From assembly GCA_964187785.1 (NCBI GenBank), contig OZ076409.1, positions 87,236,001 through 87,300,000 on the forward strand: a stretch of DNA of 64,000 bases, in the 5' to 3' direction. Source of the DNA: Amphiscolops sp. MND2022 (lineage: Eukaryota). Shown here piece after piece: positions 37,403-48,789 of the stretch (the first letter of the stretch is position 1; every line of letters begins with the position of its first letter). The notes beneath the pieces were generated by a model. The model was not told the origin of the DNA, did not search any database, and was given only the letters and a program-made list of their open reading frames with translations. The position numbers were made by a program, and so were the translations under genes.

Positions 37403-39005
37403 TGACATGGTATGGTCCGAAAACATTGAAGTTTCGTTGGACGACCTCGATATCAAATTAGAAACTATCGTATCCCTCTTAACACTTGCTGACGACTCAA
37501 CTGCTTGTGCTTCCGATGGCATTCCTTGTTTTGTGCTTAAACATACTGGCTATCTTATTGCACCTGCAGTACAATATCTGTTTCTCTCAATTATTCAATC
37601 TTGTAGCTGGCCTTCCGAATGGAAATTGGCTTACATAACCCCTCTGCATAAGTCTGGATCTATTTCTTGTGTTACTAACTACCGGCCAATCAGCATTCTA
37701 CCACGCGTTCCACTCATTCTAGAGAAGATACTTTTCGATCATATTTATCCTCGTGTCAGAGCTAAAATCGTTAAATCACAATTCGGTTTTATGACTGAGC
37801 GAAATACAGTACCCCAACTGATTCACTATCTCGATGCCCTGTATGATTGTTTGGATCAAAACACCCCCTTTTCTTGTGTTTACCTCGATTTTGCGAAAGC
37901 TTTCGACACTGTGCCTCATGATCTTCTCATCAAAAAGCTCCCGTCTTTTGGTTTTGATCGAAATATCACAATGTTACTTGCCTCTTATCTTTCAGACCGC
38001 TCACAATGTGTTCGCTCTGATGACATTTGCTCAAGCATTCTCCCCATAACTTCGGGAGTACCACAAGGCAGCACCCTGGGTCCCCTGTTGTTCCTCCTAT
38101 TTATAAACAACTTACCCTCGGTTATTCACTACACACATGATTTTCTCTTTGCAGATGATTTCAAACTGATCGCAATGCTACCCAACATTGAAACCCAAAT
38201 GGATATCAACAGTCTACTACAATGGGCTGATGATAACGGAATGGAGTTCAATACTACAAAGTTGAAGCTTTTCCCCTGCTCAAATTCAACGCAACCTTCG
38301 ACGTTACGCCTTGGAGGAAACCCATTCATTTCCGTAGATCAAATATTGGATTTAGGTGTCCTGATATCAAAAGATTTAAAATGGAAAGATCACATCCTAA
38401 AAGCAATCCAAAAAGGGATCAAAGTGTTTCAATTTATCAGACGTGTGTTACCGTTTAGTCTCTCAACTGGAAAGAAGTTAATGTTGTATAAAACTTTAGT
38501 TCTGAGTATTCTTTTGTATGCTTCACCTTGTTGGGCCCCTTGTTTTAGCCTACAGTGCTTGGAAAACATCCAGAAAAAAGTGCTCCGATGGATCTGTCCT
38601 GGCCTGGATTATGAATGTACCTTGGAAAGATTGGATCTCCTTCCAATTTGTTATCAACTTGTTCGGGCCGATGTCATTCTTCTCTGGAAAATAGAAAACA
38701 AACGTGTCGATTTCCATATTACGATGCCTCTGAAGCAAAAATGCAATCCAACCAGAAATTCACGACTTGATCTTTTTGAAATCAGCTACTCCTCAAAGTG
38801 GAAATCCATGGAAAAATTTTGTATTCGTGCTCCTTGGATAAGCAATGTGTTACTTACAGATAAAATCATTGACTTCAATTGGCCGTTGGAAAAATTCAAA
38901 CATGCACTTTCTGAATATTTGAAAAATCTGACCAGAACAAAGTTTAACTACAATAACATGTGTACCTATCATGTGAGATGTAGATGTTCTGTGTGTCGTT
39001 CCTGA
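37230..39005 (+). CDS. Reverse transcriptase portion of the LINE ORF2 (open 591 aa)
   Basis: Complete non-LTR RT motif set; the upstream ORF2 part carries a frameshift (~35170) and a stop (35757). Confidence 0.85.
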   Translation: MKDSNHCFKLLRSLNSKRGLPNTLQNGDNTSADDFSKCELLNKYFASVYKPATMVNLDDMVWSENIEVSLDDLDIKLETIVSLLTLADDSTACASDGIPCFVLKHTGYLIAPAVQYLFLSIIQSCSWPSEWKLAYITPLHKSGSISCVTNYRPISILPRVPLILEKILFDHIYPRVRAKIVKSQFGFMTERNTVPQLIHYLDALYDCLDQNTPFSCVYLDFAKAFDTVPHDLLIKKLPSFGFDRNITMLLASYLSDRSQCVRSDDICSSILPITSGVPQGSTLGPLLFLLFINNLPSVIHYTHDFLFADDFKLIAMLPNIETQMDINSLLQWADDNGMEFNTTKLKLFPCSNSTQPSTLRLGGNPFISVDQILDLGVLISKDLKWKDHILKAIQKGIKVFQFIRRVLPFSLSTGKKLMLYKTLVLSILLYASPCWAPCFSLQCLENIQKKVLRWICPGLDYECTLERLDLLPICYQLVRADVILLWKIENKRVDFHITMPLKQKCNPTRNSRLDLFEISYSSKWKSMEKFCIRAPWISNVLLTDKIIDFNWPLEKFKHALSEYLKNLTRTKFNYNNMCTYHVRCRCSVCRS

Positions 39006-39194
39006 TATCGTATTCCTTCCTGAATATATATCTTTCAAACATGTAAATGCAGCATTCATACGTATTGTTGTTTACGCTTCCTGTCTTCAGTGATTTGAGT
39101 CTTTTACTACTACTACTATACTAATTACTTTGTTCTGGAATCAATGATAGAAAGTCATTTGTACTGCCGCATCCCGAAGGTTAATTGATTTCTT

Positions 39195-42100
39195 CTTCTG
39201 CATAAAAAAGTGAGGGTAAGATGGTGGTTTTGTACAACAGAACTAGCGTTGGGACTGCAAGGCTCCTTTTTCTATTGCATATCGACTTGATTAGATTCCA
39301 ATTTCGCTTTGCTCTCTCGATAGTTTTAGTAAAATGATCCCGATAGTTGAACTTGCTATCGATAATTACTCCGATAGACTTTGTTGTTTTTTTAAATTGA
39401 CATATATCACCATTGAGGCACGGGAGTTCGAAATAATTCTCTTCGCAATTGAAAAGGATTAATTCAGTTTTTCCTCCGTTCACTAACATCCTCCAATCTG
39501 CACACCACTTCTCGATGTCAGAACAAGTTTTCCAAGGATGGCAGATGATTCTGGCGGATCCTTGCCAGTGGCAATGAGGGAACTATCGTCTGCAAACTTG
39601 AATTTTTGAGCTTGATTACTGAGGAAGTCGTTTAGGAAGATGATGAAGAGTAATGGTGACAACACACTTCCCCGTGGAACGCCAACGTCAATCTGGAACT
39701 TCGCGATTTGTATCCGTTTAGTTCAATTGAAGCGACTCTGGTTTTTAAGAACGATTTTTTTATCTGATACATTTTGCCAGAAATATTGTGTTCCAACAGT
39801 TTAAAGAGAATGGCGTCCACCCACACGCTGTCGAAAGCCTTTTCGAGGTCAATGTTAAGCAGAACCGTCGGTAAACGTGAACGTGTGGCATTTTCCAGCA
39901 TGAGATTTAGTCTGTAGAGCGATCGAGTGGTGTTTCTTTTCGATCTGAAACCCTCCTGTTCGTCACCAAGCAGTCCATTCACATCGAGATACGATTTGAT
40001 TCTGGTTGCAAGTATCCTTTCCAACGTTTTGCCGATATGACTGGAGATTGAGAGTGGTCGATATGAAAGCATTCATAATATCTCTCTTTGTTTGGCTTGC
40101 GTATGAATACGACTCGTGACTCCGTCCATGGCCACACATGAGACTCCCAGCAAGCATTGAAAATAATCAGCAGAAAAAGGAGTGCTTTAGTTCCCAAACT
40201 CTTTATCATTGTCAAATGGAGACCATCAATATCAAATGATTTAGTGTTGCTTGATTTCAAAATTGCATTCTTCAATTCATCGAAAGTAACTTCATCATGA
40301 AATACTACAATATCATGTTCAGGACCATGATGTGGTTGATTTATTTTGGCTTCTACTTGTAGTTGTGTTGCATCGTTGAAAATTTCCTTTTTCAGATGTT
40401 CTGAACGTGGTTTCGAATTCTTTGCTAATTTCCTCTGGAGCATATGAGAGTCTCCCGTCCTTACTGCATATTAGACCAACTTCTTCATGTTGAGTGTTGA
40501 GTAAGGCCTTGTAAGAAGTCCAAAATTCTTTTCCTCTTTTATGCCCAAGCGATGACAGATAGTTTTCCAACCATTCAGTTACACTTTTGTTGAGTAGAAT
40601 TTTGAAACGTTCCTTCGCTGCCTTTAGCTTTTGTCCATTTTCAAAATTTGATTTGTACTTGAACTTTTTGCGTAAAAATCGGAGTTCATTGCTTGCGTCT
40701 GTCAAGTCTGAGTTCCAAAACGGTTTGCTATGATTTGAAACACATTTGAGGGGTATATGACCAAGGGAAGTTTCGTGCAGCAGATTCTTGAACTCGTTCC
40801 AAAGAAAAACAGGGTCGTCCCCAACAACCATGAGATCATCTATTCGGCCCTCAACGAAAGAAGTCCAACCCACCCAATCAGCTTTTTCAATCCATAATTT
40901 CATGGTTTTATCAGTGGTGCTACTACGCTCCAATCTCATAATAACAGGAACATGACCCCTCTGTGGAGCACCGGTGAACAGCTCAGCATATTCATCCGTA
41001 GACAGAGAGTGTTTACATCTATCAAACAGAGGCCCATAACAAATGCAGAGATCGATAACACTGTAGCCATTTGCTGCCAAAAACGTAGGCTCACCAGCAT
41101 TGAGAATGCTGAAGTGGTCAGCTATTTGAACTAGTTCCTCACCTAACAAGTTACACGATTTGTCTCCCCAATAGGTATGTCTTGCATTGAGATCACCAAA
41201 GAAAAGAGCTCCATTCAGGCAATTTTTGTCAACATATGTTTTGCAACTCTGTATAACTTTTATTGTACTTCTCAATCCTTCGAAGTCATCGGGTCTGACA
41301 TATGCAGTAGACACAACTAACTTAATTCCACTCAGCCTAACAGTCAAACCAACATTATAAACAGAGGTGTCTTCGAGTTGATTAAGTCTTGAGTAAGGGA
41401 TGTGATGTTTCAATAAAATTGCGACGCCCCCAGAACTTCCACCCATTGAACTGATTGTTGTTTCCTCACTATTTTATGCAGCACCAATTTGGCTTGAGAA
41501 AAACCTCGAATACGTCACAGCAGTACAGAACAATTTCATAAGGACAGTTTTTAGACACGGATTTTCGCCGAGTATCGACTCATGTCAAGTTTTGCTAGGA
41601 ACGCCGCCTCTTGATCTTCTGAGTACAGCCATCAACGTCAAATTTCTCTTGAAGCTCAAACTAGAAGACGATTTACTACATTGGACCCATGATGCATCTT
41701 CATCTTTTCCGGACAGTGTTGCTAACCTCCTCGAGAGTCATGTTACCAGACTTGGAAAGTTTTTGAGAATTCATAATTGTACGAAATATAAACAGCAAGA
41801 TGTCAACCTTTTCTTCAACTATCTTTGGAACCTCAGGTGGAAAAATAATGACAACAGGTCATTTCTGAAATGTTACACCAAAACCCCACCAACTTGTAAC
41901 ACCGTTGTATATCGCCCCTTTTCAACCTTCAAAGGTATGGAACCATCAAAATTTGTGAAATGCTGATCGGCACTTCTTTCTCTTTAGCCGATTACGCTTG
42001 GAAATAGTGGCAGACGGAATCTCCGATGTGTCATTGTGGCAAAAGTGAAGAGACTACAGAACATTTCTTTCTGGCATGTGGTCTATACCAAGACATCAGA

Positions 42101-42320
42101 CCTGAAGACATTGACTCATTGAATCTCCTTGACCCTGAAGATTGCAATACCATTGTCGACTACATCTCACATTCAATGAACTTAAAAGGAATCTTATAGC
42201 TCTCATCATTAAATCCTAACTTAACTTTTTCCAATTCTCAATGCTCTCTTTGTACTATTTATATACGATGAACACCCTCCCGCAAATTGGGGATATTAGA
42301 AATTATATATTTATATATAC
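39195..42320. mobile_element. I/Jockey-group LINE with inverted 5' portion (EN+RT on -, C-terminus on +)
   Basis: Minus 39195-41446: GGVAIL, GDLNA, YRPLSI, DLEKAFD, FADD, ...PSLFYA. Plus 41464-42200: SLFYAAPIW... CHCGKSEETTEHFFLAC zinc knuckle, then 3' UTR and TA-rich tail. Confidence 0.85.
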
Positions 42321-42336
42321 TCTTCTACTTTCTGTT

Positions 42337-42464
42337 TCTAGGTCCGTTTCCGCATTTTAGGCCTTATTCCTGTTTTTTAGGTCTTATTCTACTATTTTTG
42401 AGTTTTAGATCTTATTTCTTTTGAACTTTTAGGTCTTATTCCCTGGGTCCTATTCCCGGTCACC
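42337..42464. mobile_element. MITE terminus with TAGGTCTTATTC repeats; a related opposite-orientation end at ~53560-53730
   Basis: Arrays of GGTCTTATTC ending GGTCCTATTCCCGGTCACC; reverse-complement GAATAAGACC arrays at 53570-53670. Confidence 0.55.
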
Positions 42465-42715
42465 ATAACCTCTAAGGAATAACGTCTGAATTTTACTCAT
42501 TTTTCAGGAGTAATGTCTGAAGATTTAGACGGTAATCCCGATTTTTAGATGTTATTCCCGATATTGAAGTATTGTTTTGTGTGCTGAAATGTTTTTCCCT
42601 TGCTCTAATTTTCAGGAATGAACTATGAAATAATCGAAGGCCACCGAATAGGAGCAAAAGTCTATGTGTCGAACATCAGAATTGGATCGTCTTCAGTCAG
42701 CGTTTTTTTAAAAAC

Positions 42716-42846
42716 GCTTTTTTATTCATCATGTGCTCCAGCCCGGGCCGCAGACAAAAAAATTTATGTATCTTATTAAACGTTTACATGATACATAAAT
42801 TTTTTTGTCTGCGGACCGGGCTGGAGCACATGATGAAGAAAAAAGC
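42716..42846. repeat. Long inverted repeat: 57-bp arms, 17-nt loop
   Basis: Arms 42716-42772 and 42790-42846 with two mismatches. Confidence 0.92.
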
Positions 42847-43933
42847 TTTCTAAGCATGCTTTTTAACAGATTTTCCAGTGTAATAAGCCGCGTTGTTCCC
42901 TTTCTTTAAAGTCATAGGATGTTTACGACGGCTACACTGGTCTAAATGTTGAATTGATTTTCTTATTCACTGCTGTATTTTAGATGAAGCCGCATTCTCC
43001 GAGGTGTATTCTCAGTACGGTGGTCGATTTAGAATTCACAATCATTGAGCTGTTTTCGTTTACAGCCAGTTACAGGCTATCCTTTCTGACAAATTCCTTG
43101 GGAGTATCTCGGAATGGGATATATTTACCCAATTGGATTTGCGTCAAGCGAACTTGCCATTCAAGACCCCCGATCAGTTCGTGCTCAACTCTGATTATCA
43201 TCGACTCGTATTGACCAGCAAGCTGCCCCGCTCAAGTAAATTCATCGAACAGTCCATTGCCTTCTGTTGAGTTTTTCGCCGGTGCTTATTGTTGCACCTC
43301 ATTGTGAAGTCAGACCTTGTGAGGTGTCTGTCATGTTTTAATGCAGCCACTATTCGTGACAGCGATGAAGAGCGCTACATTACTTCTGTGGAACATTTGA
43401 CCACCTACTTTGCTTCCAAAAGCTGACTGAGTTCAGCAGACAATGCGAAGGCAGTGGGTCAATGCCGGAATCTGGTAACCAAGTTCCTCTATTTAACCTC
43501 CCACTACGAACTGCAATGTCGTGCAGAGCTGCATCAACTGTTCAAATTGTCTTGTCTGTGTCTGCCCCCTAAGGTGTCTTGTCCTCCGGAGTTTTCAGTT
43601 TCGATGACCAAGTAGTCCCTGATGAAGAGATGTTTCGTTCTTGCGTTACTGGCGTCCAAATATCCTACAACACGGTGCCCAATGTAGCCAGTTTATACAA
43701 GGATCCTCGTTCAATCAGCCGAGTTTTTCGTTTCTTTTTGGAGAGGACGAGAGCTACTGAATGATCGGAAGTTCTCTATTATGAGTTAGTTTCCTCAGGG
43801 CGAGTGGGCTGAGGAGGGGTAAATGGTTCACTTAATTCGAAACTGCCTACAAGAGTGTGGTCGTAAGCCCTAATGTCCTGCATCATTAACAGGATTGTGA
43901 CCTGTCAAGTGAGCCACAAACTCCAAGCAGGGC

Positions 43934-46900
43934 TTAACTTCGTACGTTTTGTTTTTCTTTCCACAGTTGGTTTTCATTGAATTCATCGTGAGGTAGATTA
44001 TAGATCTGTTCCTCTACTATTCCAGATGATTGTATATTGACTTCTTTTGCTTTTGTTAGGATGTCGTTTCGTATGTTCATTTCGAGTTTCTCGATCGGGT
44101 TGACTTCCGTTCTTGACAGGAAATCTGATGCAGTATTCATTGATCCAGCAACATGGGCAAAGACTAATATGTACTGAAGGACGTAATCGCATGCATTCCG
44201 GAATGCCGGAGGAATGAGTTTTGCTTAGAAAAAGCGTGTTACTGATATATTGTCGGTAAACACGATGACTGGAAAAGTGCTTCCCCACATGAGGTGTCCA
44301 AACTCGACAAAAACTAAAAATTTGGAGAGGAATTACTTTGCAAATATAGACATTTTGGTTTGCGTTGGGATGAAAATTTTGGATCCAAACGCTACGAGTG
44401 CGTAGGTTTTGCTTTTGGACTGGAGTTTTCGGCTTGGATCGTCTTCTAACATTATCGCATATGCTGCTGCTGTGAAGATTGCGTCGGACAAGACTATGAG
44501 TTGCTTGTCTTTGGGGTTGTCTCAAAGCTAATTGACATGAGGTTTCAAGAAGTTTATACAGACTGGTGAAGTGTTACATCAAATTCGTGGGTACGTAGGA
44601 TTTGGAGGTTTCTTCGAGAAGTTGGAAAAACGAGGATAGTCGAGAGACGTGGAATGTAGTTACGGTTATAGTTCAAAAATCCGATATAGCGTTGAAGTTC
44701 TTTTTTGGATTTGGGGAATCTCAGTTTTGACAGGAAGTTTTGACTTTGTCGGCTTGAGGAGCAACGCCAACAGGTGTAATTGTACGGCCCAGGAAGTCGA
44801 CTTCTTTGACTCCGAAATGGCATTTGGACATTGTGAGTTTCAATCCAGCATTTCGGATGCATTTAAAAACGGTCCCGATTTTGTCTTATAATTGTTTTGT
44901 GTTGTTCGCAGCACTTCCAATGTCGTCCACATTTTGTGCACATTGGGCAGCTATGATTGCTTTGTCGAGGTATTCTCTCATGAAGCTTGAAAATGCTGAG
45001 AGTGATCTGCTTAAGCCTTAGTCAAGGCGACGATAAGCAAATGTTCGGCTTGCAAAGTTGAAGGCAAGCATTTGTATGGGTTGGTAATCTGCCATTTGCA
45101 GACAATGGTAAGCCTGGGAGCAATCCAGCTTGCAGAAAAAAATTTTTCCTGCCATGTGCTGTCCTGCGTCTGATAACGTGCTCATAGGGGGTTTTCCTTG
45201 ATGTAGTCTTCAGTGATTGAGTTGCTGATTTTTCGAAGATCCACAATGAGTCGAATTCCTCGTTTGGGTTTTCGTTGTGCAAAGATAGGACTTGCGTATT
45301 TCGAAAAAAGTGGTGTAGTTATAATTCCATATTTTTGTAGAAGTGCGAGTTCTACTGCAATGTCGTCTTTCAGATTGATCGGGGTTCGCAGACTTTGGCT
45401 ATAAGTTGGTCTGTCGTCGTTAGGTGTGAGTTTTACTTTGACTTCACGATTTGTGCCGATATCGAAACGATGTCTCGCAAAAGTCTCGTGAAAGTCCGAG
45501 AATCTCCTCAACGTGTCGTCGTTCGTCTGGGGTGAGTGTTGTGTCAGACCATTCGAAGGTTGAAAGATACGACTTCCTTGATGTTTCATCATCTTGTGGA
45601 TTGAGTTTTTCAAGTTCTTTCAGTTCGAGATGTTCATTGTATATCTCCTGTTGGATTGGGGTATATGTTGTAGGATCCCCTGGGTCTTCTGGTGTGAGTC
45701 TCCAATATGATTCGTGTTCTGGGTTTTGTGGAGGAACTTTCAAGAGTTCATGTATGTAGATCTCAATTGTGTCTTCATATTGTATCATGAAGGATAGCAT
45801 CGCTGGATCTACTGGTTGTACATGTTTTCTCTGTTCGGGGTGAGGGTTTTGAAATCTGCTAAAAGGGCATCGCAGGTTATTGTGTGTGGGAGTTCAGAAA
45901 AAACAGTGATTTGGCATCCGATAGCATTGTTGTTGATGGTGCTGAATGAGGATGTGATGAAAATGCTGTCGTGGTTTCCAAATTGTGCTGAAGGTGTAAC
46001 TTTTCCTGCTGCATCGTGGTCTAACAGGTGTGGCATTCTTCTTGCTGCTGCGAGGGTTTCCCCTGGATGCAAAGTGTATGTGTTTTCTGCAAACAGTGGT
46101 GTTGATTGACGTAGTGCTGCTTGTGTGTCAGGTTTTAGTTGCATTGAGAGATATGGGAAGGAATAGTTGTCAGGAGCTTCTCGCAAGAGTTCATAATATG
46201 ACTCTTGAGGAGGGTCATTTTTGTCAGAGTTTGTAGGGTCTTGGGGTTTTGAGACTGGTTCTTTGGTCAGGTGTTTAAGTTGAATGTTTATTGTGTCCAC
46301 TTGACGCTGCCAGTCGTCTTGTGGGTTCGTGTCATTCAACTGTACGTGCTAGTTTCGAAGATGATTGTTGTTGTCGTTCTATTTTTGCTTTTATTGGTTT
46401 TCGTGCTTGTTTGTATGTCTCAATGACTTTCTTTTGGGCTTCTGTTAGGGTCCATTTGAGTGGGCGATTTTCCATGTTAGCACCGAAGTAGCTGTTTTTT
46501 TCTTCATGACCAGGCGTGTTACAATTGTGACACGTTTCAGCGTCTGGGCCTTCTTCAAGCTTTCGTCGTTTGGCTTGTTTGGGACAATCAGTCCTCATAT
46601 GACCTGTCTCTTTACAGTAGCGACATTGGTCATTCTTGAGAGTTTTGTCTGGTACTGGTTTTGGAGTTTGTGTTTTAGATTATTCATTTTGTTTTTTGTT
46701 ACATTTTTCAATTTTTTGCTTTTCTAGTAGCGGACATTTGGGTTTAAACGAGGAGTTCTTCAGATTCGAGACCGTTAAGTTCCATCTCTCTTTCGAGATG
46801 TTTGTTGTTATGGTCGTATGATCCATTCTCTAAGTATGCCTGATCAATTGATTTTTTCAGATGTTGGGGCATCTTGACATAAAGTAGACTTTCTATCATT

Positions 46901-47900
46901 TGGTGCCCATTATTCCCAAATGCCTTTTATGCACTTTCTTGGAGTTCCTCTAGGCAATCCGGAAGTTTCTGATTTTCAGGTTCGAATGATACGTTCTGAT
47001 ATTTCAGGTTCTGTTTATTCTGTGTTTCGCTGATGCACTAGATTCCAGTTTTACATATTTCCGGCGAAAGACATTTAGATAGTCTTCCAAAGTTGTAGTT
47101 GGCGTTCTTTGGATATTTTTGAACGGTTTGAGTGCCAAAGTTCTGAGATGGTCGTGAAAATGGTTTATTTTCATGTCTTCTGTTTGATTCGGCTGCATTC
47201 GAAGAGTTGTATGGACTAGGTCTTGGAAGTACTCGAATTTCTCGTTTTCTCCCATTCTTTCAATTCTTTCCATACATTGAAAGTTAGTGTGTTTTCTGGA
47301 TAAAAAAGTGAGGGAAATGAGTTTTTGTTCGCTAGTTTTTGAATTGCTAATGCAATTTGTTTAACTCGATCAAGTGATTTCGTTGTCAGGTTTGACATAT
47401 TGTGGTCTGCGTGGGATCCAGTTGTGGCATTTAAAGACTGAGGGTTTTGTGAGCTCCGTCTATGGAGTTGTCGGGTGGCTCCTGTCACCATGTGATATTC
47501 CTCCTCCTCTGAGCCCTCGTTTGAAATCATTGTTGCATCTAGATCTAACTCATCACGGTACAGTGGTTTTGCAGAATGTCTCAGATCTTAGACCCTGAGG
47601 CTCTTATGGGATGATCATCGTTTTCTGAGTCAGAATCTTCAGTGTTAGATGCTTGAACTCCTAAAAACTTGGATCCCTATGGTTGTGGATTTTGGGTTTC
47701 TACTGTTTCTGAACTGGGATTTCTGGTTGTTGACAAACTTTTATTGGATCTTATTTCTTTCAAGTTAGTCTCAAGTTTATTGTCCATTTCTCCTCTCATT
47801 TTGGAAACTCTGTCCTTGCTTTTTGTTCTGAAATCTGTGTCCAAACATGTATTTCGCTGCTAGCTTGGCTGGGTTCAGCTAGTTGGTTTTCTGGAGTTAT
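43934..47900 (-). mobile_element. Decayed Ty3/Gypsy LTR retrotransposon (gag, RT, RNase H)
   Basis: gag-like (47004-47530; CHNCNTPGH), RT (YASPIFAQRKP..IRLIVDLRKI), LQRYIGFLNY, RNase H end NTASDFLSR; many frameshifts; integrase absent. Confidence 0.85.
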
Positions 47901-48789
47901 TTTCACCTAAATTTTCTTGAACTTTCACATTTAAGTTTCATAAAATATCGTTACATGTATTAGGCGTTTCTAGCTGAGTGTTGTTGGTTTCTCTCTCAGG
48001 GGAAAGAGTTTCTAATCTCCTAGATCGTCTTTTTTGTTTATTTCCCATCGCTTGTCAGTTGAAAACAGTGATTTGCATAGGGAAAAGAATTGAATTTCTT
48101 CAGTGAATTGGTGAAAATACGAAGCTATTGATGATCAAAATTGTTGAAGAGAAGTTTACAGAATGAGCAAATGAAATGCAACTGAGAAGCAACTGCACTC
48201 TCTGAAGGTAGGAAACAATTCTTATAAACTCTCCTGTTTGCACTCCTGGTCTCAAAATGAAAGTATGACACTCCTTTTTATGGGAGTCATGGTTGGAAAA
48301 GTACAAACAATACATCAACAGGACGTCATTCTGTTTATATCCTGCAATCGTTATAGCATGATATTTAAAATTAACCAAGTGGTCCTATTGGACCCTAGGA
48401 AAGAAGATACAAAGCTACGTAAAAGGTATTCTAAATAATTTACAGCATCGTATACGTTTTATCTATACAGCACAGTTAATTTTGCTGAAGATGTATAATA
48501 CCGCGTGTACATCATTAGGAGAAACGTATGATACCGAATGCGGACAAAACGCGTGATAACGCACATACGTTACTCTTAAAACCGTATTTTGCCGCATACT
48601 GATGTTGTGCCAAACAGTATGATGCCGTACATGCGGCAGTCTACAAACTGCATATTGCCGTATGGCAAAAGTGAACGAAATTGTTCACTACTGCATGAAT
48701 AAAATAGCAATAGCACTGTAGCTTCATACAAGGATGTCTCAGCCTAAAGTTTTGAATATTCGTGACAAAATGACATTTGAACTACTAGT

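Larger units (their letters stand above)
33932..39125 (+). mobile_element. CR1-like non-LTR retrotransposon, disrupted
   Basis: ORF1 PHD; ORF2 APE endonuclease (NCQSL, CETFL, GDFNFP, LDLV, SDHFP) and RT (NYRPISIL, YLDFAKAFD, SGVPQGSTLGPLLF, FADD); (TAC)n tail at ~39106-39120. Confidence 0.9.
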
